From NCBI GenBank assembly GCA_003553905.1, contig PWEA01000005.1:7915-71914 (forward strand): a stretch of DNA of 64,000 nucleotides, given 5' to 3'. Source of the stretch: Candidatus Aenigmatarchaeota archaeon (GTDB lineage Archaea > Aenigmatarchaeota > Aenigmatarchaeia > PWEA01). The notes below the pieces were generated by a model. The model had not been told where the DNA came from, did not search any database, and saw nothing but the letters and a program-made list of their open reading frames with translations. Positions 63,986-64,000 of this stretch are shown here, piece by piece. The first letter of the stretch is position 1; every line of letters starts with the position of its first letter. The position numbers were made by a program, and so were the translations under genes.

Positions 63986-64000
63986 CTCACACCAACTCCT

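Noticed and set aside
1-64000. CRISPR arrays, transposases, integrases or prophage hallmarks
   Set aside because: No direct-repeat/spacer periodicity was seen. There is no DDE transposase, tyrosine or serine recombinase, terminase or capsid-like ORF. The only defence-like gene is a solo Cas4-like nuclease.

Overview
This 64 kb window looks archaeal. Evidence: archaeal histone, Alba, aIF5A, diphthamide genes dph2 and dph5, a geranylgeranyl reductase with adjacent ferredoxin, the type III RuBisCO / AMP phosphorylase / R15P isomerase salvage cluster, FEN1, RNase HII, and an initiator tRNA-Met with an A1:U72 pair. The DNA is AT-rich and densely coding, and many proteins are strongly acidic. No transposase, integrase or CRISPR array was seen.

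The largest feature is a ~19 kb surface-appendage locus at 29.5-48.3 kb. It has five tandem paralogous membrane proteins, a divergent pair of coiled-coil proteins, a 760-aa FlaI/TadA-family secretion ATPase, and a 698-aa FlaJ/TadC-like polytopic membrane protein. These are followed by at least 18 consecutive genes whose products start with archaeal class III (prepilin-type) signal peptides: a basic N-terminus, then K/R-G, then a hydrophobic helix. Several of these pilin-like proteins carry large, acidic, cysteine-rich C-terminal domains that fall into at least three paralogous families. One has GLUG-like repeats and one ends in an InlB B-repeat-like domain. Three of the pilin-like ORFs are below the 60-aa cut-off of the ORF track. 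Two further Cys-rich pilin paralogs lie at 60.0-60.7 kb.

Other points worth noting:
- Two GC-rich, non-coding, highly structured intergenic elements of ~185 nt each (48330-48513 and 60852-61037) are candidate ncRNAs.
- A ThyX-like protein has a ~200-aa insertion and an altered RHR motif.
- A PEP-synthase-like protein has its phospho-histidine replaced.
- A cytidylate-kinase-like protein has a degenerate P-loop.
- A solo Cas4-like nuclease is present without any CRISPR array.
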